A stretch of DNA of 39,318 bases from Octopus bimaculoides. Lineage: Eukaryota. The stretch spans positions 48,601,673-48,640,990 of the forward strand of contig NC_068990.1 of NCBI RefSeq assembly GCF_001194135.2, in the 5' to 3' direction. Under the pieces are notes generated by a model, which made no database searches, had not been told where the DNA came from, and worked only from the letters and a program-made list of their open reading frames with translations. Positions 33,810 through 39,318 of this stretch are shown in pieces. The position numbers and the translations under genes were made by a program. The stretch's first letter is position 1; the number at the start of each line of letters is the position of its first letter.

Positions 33810-36800
33810 TTTGAGCCCAAATCCTGAAAAAGTGGCTAACAGGGCTCCTGTATTGCAAGTCCCCAATGGCAGATCTGTTCCTAGTGAAGGCGGATGAGGG
33901 CAATGCCATGCAAGCTGGCTATAAAGGCAGACTACGACAAACTGGAGTTCCAGCATCTTGCTGCAGGAAGCCTGCAAACAGGACCAGATGGAGTGGTCTC
34001 AAGATGGAGCATAGGATCTTATCCACCAACTCTGACAGCTCGTTACAGCAGAAGACAAGGGTCAATCATCTCGAGACTCCACTTGCCAATGAACTTCCCC
34101 CTCACCTTTTGTCAAGTGCATGCAGCTGAGAACTATGCATCCTCTCCGGCACCTTAAACTTTTCACAGCATAAGCTTCGCCTTTTATACTTCATTCTCTT
34201 TCATCCTTTCTGCAAGTCCTGCGGTGATGGGGTCATCTGGTGACAGGGGCACACTAGGATGTAGTTGGAAGCCTCTAGTTGGAGTCCTGCACGTAGGCGA
34301 CATAAGATGGTTATTGTTGGATGGACCCATGGACGAACATCCACCTTGGTCCTGCTTGTGCGTCCAGGCAACCCTTTTCAGGGATAGCACAGCCTGCCCT
34401 ACATGGGAAAGGGCCTAGAAATTGTGTCTCAGAAAAAGCTCAACCTCACTTGCTCGACTGGGTAACTGCTCCCAGTGAGTCGTTCCCAAACATACAGTCG
34501 AAACCAAGCATCAAAATTGAAAAAGAAAAAGAGACCCTTGAAACTCATCCTTGCATGTTGGAATGTTTACACCCCTCCTTGATGACATTTGATGAGCTGG
34601 ACACTTGATGACCCCTGTGATGCACTGCTATTGTAGCCACCGAACTCAAGCGCTACGTCGACATTGCTACACTCAGTGAGACTCATTTCTCCGATGAGGG
34701 TTCCCTCACTGAAGAAGCTGGTGGATACACCTTCTGGAAAGGACATCCCTCTGGGCTACCCCATTTGCATATGGGGTTGGTTTCACAACCAAGAACAGCT
34801 TATTGCAGAAAATTCCTGGAGTACCCACCTGTATCAGCAAGTGCCTAATGACAATCAAAATCCAACTTTCGAACAAACGTTTTCTGACAATTCTCAGTCT
34901 TTATGGACCAACTCTCGACTCTGATGAAGAGATAAAGGACACCTTCTATGATTCTCTGCATACTGTGTTTCAGAACATCTCCCAATTGGACAAGATCGTA
35001 CACATGGGTGACTTCAACTCTCATGTTGGGTGTGACAATACCGCCTGGCAAGGGATCCTTGGTCCTCACGGCACAGGGAATATGGACAGAGACTACTCAC
35101 CTTCTGCTCTGAGTATGACCTGTGCATTACTAATATCCTCGTTCAACAGTAGGACATTTACAAGACATCATGGATGCACTCGCGTTACAAAAAGTGGCAT
35201 ATCCTAGACTACATCATTGTCCATTGTCAAGACATGGGCGATGTCCTCCATACTCATGCAATGCATGGAACAGATTGCTGGATGGACCACAACCTTATCT
35301 GCTCCAACATTCGACCTCCTAGCCAAAAGTCAACAGCATCAAAACGACTAAACACCATGAAACTGTATGATCCTGAGAATCGTGGCCTCTTTCAAGATTA
35401 GCTTGCCATCAAATTGGATACTCTCCCACTCCCCGATCCTACCTCGGTAAACCGAGAGGAGCTAAATGATATATGGGACAAACATATCTCCCTGATCTCC
35501 TCGGTCACAACCGAACAACTGGGACACACTAGACGTTGCAATCCTGACTAATTTGATGAATCCGCTGATGAGATCCTCCCTCTTCTCAGAAGTAAAAACC
35601 AGGCTCATGATGCCTACCTCTCAAGCAGGTCCAATGCACACCTCCAGAATTGGAAAGATCTTCACTTGGAATGCCAGAGCAGACTTAGGCAGATTCAGAA
35701 CACTTTGTGGAAGAACAAAGCTGCAGAAATTCAACGTTTTGTGAATGAAAATAAGATTCACGAGTTCTACACTGCAACCAAATCCATGTATAGTCCGTCC
35801 TCCAATCATATCAATTTGATACGATCTTCAGACGGCAACACTCTCTACAAGGAAAAGACCCAGATCCGTGACAGATGGGTAGAACACTTCAACTCCTTGT
35901 TGAACAAGATAAATCCTACAGACACCACACTGATTGATGAGCACCCTCATCTCCCTGAGCTGGATATGGAACCCTCCCTCATGAAAATCCGTACAGCTCT
36001 CTCCTACTTAAAAAACAGGAAATCACCTGGATCAGATGGTGTGTCAGGGTAGATCTATAAATATGGTGGTCCTGCTCTTGTCCAGCATCTTCATCAGATT
36101 ATCCTCTACTGTTGGAAGAGTGGCTTGATCCTTCAATGCTGGAAACATGCAGACATAATCACCATCTTCAAGAAGAAGAGAGATCACTCAGACTGCAACA
36201 AAAGCAGAGGTATTTCACTCCTGGATGTTGCAGGAAAGGTCTTGGCACATGCCCTGCTCTCTCAACTTCTTGGCCACTTCATTGAAGGAATCCTCCCAGA
36301 GTCTCAATATGGTTTTAGAGCTAACCATAGCACTATCAACATGGTCTTCATCTCCTGCCTCCTAAAGAAGTGCTAAGAACAACAGTGTGATGCCTCATTT
36401 GACTTTATTGACCTAAGTAAGGCTTTTGGTGCTATTAGCTACCCACAACTATGGAATATCCTGCAGAGGTATAGATGCCCTCCTAAGCTTCTTGCCATGT
36501 TATGCCAGTTCCATGACGGCATGCAAGCACATGTGACATTGGGTGGTGATCAGTCTGACTACTTCAACATTCAAGTCAGTGTTAAACAAGGCTGTGTCCT
36601 GGCCCCTGTCCTCTTCAGTGTCTTCTTTGTGGCTATGACCTTACTATCTCACTACGACCTCAACCCCGAAGATGGCATCCCAATTCAATATCGCCATGAT
36701 GGCAGTCTCTTCAACTTGAGGAGACTAAAATCATTAACAAAAACTCAGTCCACCACTCTCTTCGAATTACAGTATGCTGATGACTGCAAAGCTCTCGCCC

Positions 36801-37799
36801 ATGAACCAGCCAGCCTTCAGCAGAACCTAGATGCTGTGTGCAACACCTATTGTTAGGCTGGACTCCAAGTCAGCACCAACAAAACAGAGATCCTTCAACA
36901 CTCCAAAAATGGTTCACTCCCTGTGACTCTTTCGATCCAAGACAACCAACTAAAGAACACCGAGAAATTCACCTATTTGGGTAGCATCATCTCAAGTAAT
37001 GGGGTCATTGATCACGAAATTCAGAATCGCATCCACCCTGCATCATCCACTTTTAGACATCTCAAGGATAGGGTCTTCCTTAATCATGATCTGAATCTCT
37101 CCATGAAAATCAAGGTTTATCGTGCTGTTGTGGTTTCCATGCTTCTGTATGCCTCAAAAACCTGGACACTTTATCATCATCAGGTCAAACTCCTTGAATC
37201 CTTTCATATCCGCTATCTCCAGTGCATTCTTCATCTGACCTGGAAGGACAAGATCCCACATACGGAGATCCTGAGATGAGCGAAATTGACCAGCATCAAA
37301 TGCATGATCCTCGAAGTCAATTGCACTGGGCGGGGCATGTTATCAAGATACCAGAAAACCGTACACCCAAGATTGTCCTTTTTGGGGAGTTAGCAGGGAG
37401 TAATCGACGACACGGAAGGTCCAAAGAAGCGATATAAAGATCATCTCAAGAAATCCCTGAAGCTCTGCAACATACCCCAGGTGAACTTGAAACACTGGCC
37501 ACAGACCATACTACTTGGAAGGGTATGGTCAAAACTGGTACACAACATTTTGAGGATGAGCGGACTAGACTTCGCGAAGAAAAGCAGAAACAGCTCAAGG
37601 AACGTTAGCAAAATCCTAGATGAGCTCATCTTCATCGGAGCCCTCTTCACTGCTCTCAGTGTAATCAGATATGTGCCTCCAGAATCGGTCTTTTCAGCCA
37701 CAGGAGGGCCTGGCAACACCATCAAGACAATCCCTAAGGATCAAAGACGACGTCATATGTCAAGATGGACTGCCTTAAGCAAAAGTAAGTAAGCAAGTA
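33810..37799 (+). mobile_element. Near full-length degenerate RTE-BovB-like LINE (5' UTR, AP endonuclease, RT, C-terminal C2H2 finger and (AAGT)n tail)
   Basis: APE motifs: LACWNV, IATLSET, LYGPT, HMGDFNSHVG, LDYIIV. RT motifs: KSPGSDG, QYGFRANHST, VKQGCVLAPVLF, LQYADDC, FTYLGS. Zinc finger: CSQCNQICASRIGLFSHRR. Many stops and frameshifts. Confidence 0.93.
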
Positions 37800-38988
37800 C
37801 CAATGGTCATGATATTTTTTGGGGAAGGTTTTTAGTGGAAAAGTATGATTATTTAGTGGATATTGAGTTTCTTATTAATAAACCACCTTTGATTTTTTTT
37901 TTTTTGTTAAAATTCCGGCAACAAGGCTTAATTCTGGATTTCCCCCCCCCCCCCTGTATAGTTCATGAATTTAGAGGGTTTAGATTTGCAATACTATCCC
38001 TTTATTTACTATCCTACTTTACTGTCTTATTCTGTCTGTCTGTCTGTCTCTTTGTTCCCTCTTCAGTCAGACAGCTGGACCAATGGTTATGATATTTTGG
38101 GGGATTACAAAGACAGTTGTCAGGAAGGATTTTAACCTTTAAAAAATCAAGAGGTATGATTATTTCGTGGATATCTCGTGGATATATTTGCATCACATAG
38201 TTCATGGCCCCATCATAGATACAAAGGGGTTGTGAGGAAGGTTAACAGTGGAAATAAAATGGAAAAGTGTGTGTCAGTATACAGTGTGTGTGATTATTTA
38301 GTGGTTATTGAAGTGTGTCAGTCTTGAGCAGGATTCTAAATGGTTAATCAAAGTGGCTGTTGTTTACATCTGAGTTTTGTCAATCAAAATAACCCATGGT
38401 ACCAGAACATCCAGACATTATTCACATAGAACAGTGAGAGGTAAGTCATAGTTTGATTTTTTACAACCCTAAAGATTCCGTTTGCACATTCACAGCACAT
38501 TCACTTTAGGTTGTGTAGGTGTGTTTTTACCCACTCTAATGTTTACACACAGTCAGTTATATGTCACTATGCGTGAAAATTAATGTCAACCAAACATTTA
38601 ATATTGTCTACGAAGAAGTTTTGTAATTATATTGATATTATCAAAAGGAATATTATTCCTAATTTAAATAAGGAGATTTGTGAACTTTGAATGTATAAGA
38701 GTATAAGCAAGCAAAAAATAGTATAAACAACTAAAATAAAAGTATATCTAAATAACAATTTTTCCTTAATACTTTTTATGTAGTGGTCAAATGAAGCTCT
38801 GGCTTTCATTAGGAGTGGTCCACATAACCATTCATGATACAGAGTCTGGGAGCCTATTTCAGTTCGGGAGTGAATTGTCATCACATGTCACTTAGTCGCA
38901 AACACATGTCATATAGCTGCAACAGAATGCTGTGTCACCAACAATAATGTGATTTCACTAAAGCATCACCCAGTAAACTATCAAGTCC

Positions 38989-39318
38989 ATTTACACAGCC
39001 AGAGGGGAAGCAGATAAGGAAAGATTTGCCAATGTTCTGCGCCGTGAGGACCAAAGACTCGAGGTATTTTGTGTTGCAAGACAGTGTAGGAGAGAGAATA
39101 GTGATGTTGTAGGAGAGAAATGTGTTCGCATGGATGATGGTACGCTTGCATTAAATGAGGATGCAAAGAAAGAGGTCTGGAGATGCCACTATGATAGATT
39201 GCTTAATAAAGAGAATGAATGGGAGAAAGAGAGCCTGCCGTATGTCGACCCAATAGAGGGACCAGCTATCCGAGTTGATAGTACCAGGGTAGATAAAGCA
39301 ATTAAGAGTATGAAGACC
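38989..39318 (+). mobile_element. RTE-clade LINE fragment (EN-RT linker), open to the window end
   Basis: 110 stop-free codons: YTARGEADKERFANV...VVGEKCVRMDDGTLALNEDAKKEVWRCHYDRLLNKENEW...AIKSMKT. Confidence 0.8.

Noticed and set aside
38067-38153. Plus-strand exon-like segment with a good acceptor and a GTATGA donor, plus a GTAAGT near 38440
   Set aside because: All three frames contain stops and nothing else supports a plus-strand transcript.
1-39318. CRISPR arrays, rRNA genes or prokaryotic operon-like systems
   Set aside because: There are no regularly spaced repeat-spacer arrays and no rRNA-like sequence; the window is eukaryotic and repeat-rich.

Overview
AT-rich eukaryotic DNA with four assembly gaps, dominated by microsatellites and decayed transposable elements. 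The SINE and LINE families resemble those I recall from octopod cephalopods (inference, not a database result). I find one convincing host coding exon, which the ORF track misses: a minus-strand first coding exon at 30239-30348 encoding a Rab-binding Slp-homology helix of the synaptotagmin-like/MYRIP family. Most of the window is therefore probably intron or upstream sequence of that gene. Mobile elements include hAT and Tc1/mariner relics, CR1 and RTE LINE fragments, a near full-length RTE-BovB-like LINE, many tRNA-derived SINEs and a Penelope-like element (PLE). The most striking signal is a set of ribozyme-like motifs in fold-back repeats. (i) A PLE insertion with inverted pLTRs and an 11-bp target-site duplication; each pLTR joins a tRNA-like Pol III promoter, an (AAT)n tract and a minimal hammerhead ribozyme. 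(ii) A separate 609-bp non-coding fold-back element whose two 211-bp arms each carry a hammerhead with a palindromic stem III. (iii) A possible decayed HDV-like ribozyme in the RTE 5' region. All structures were folded by eye and need computational and biochemical confirmation.
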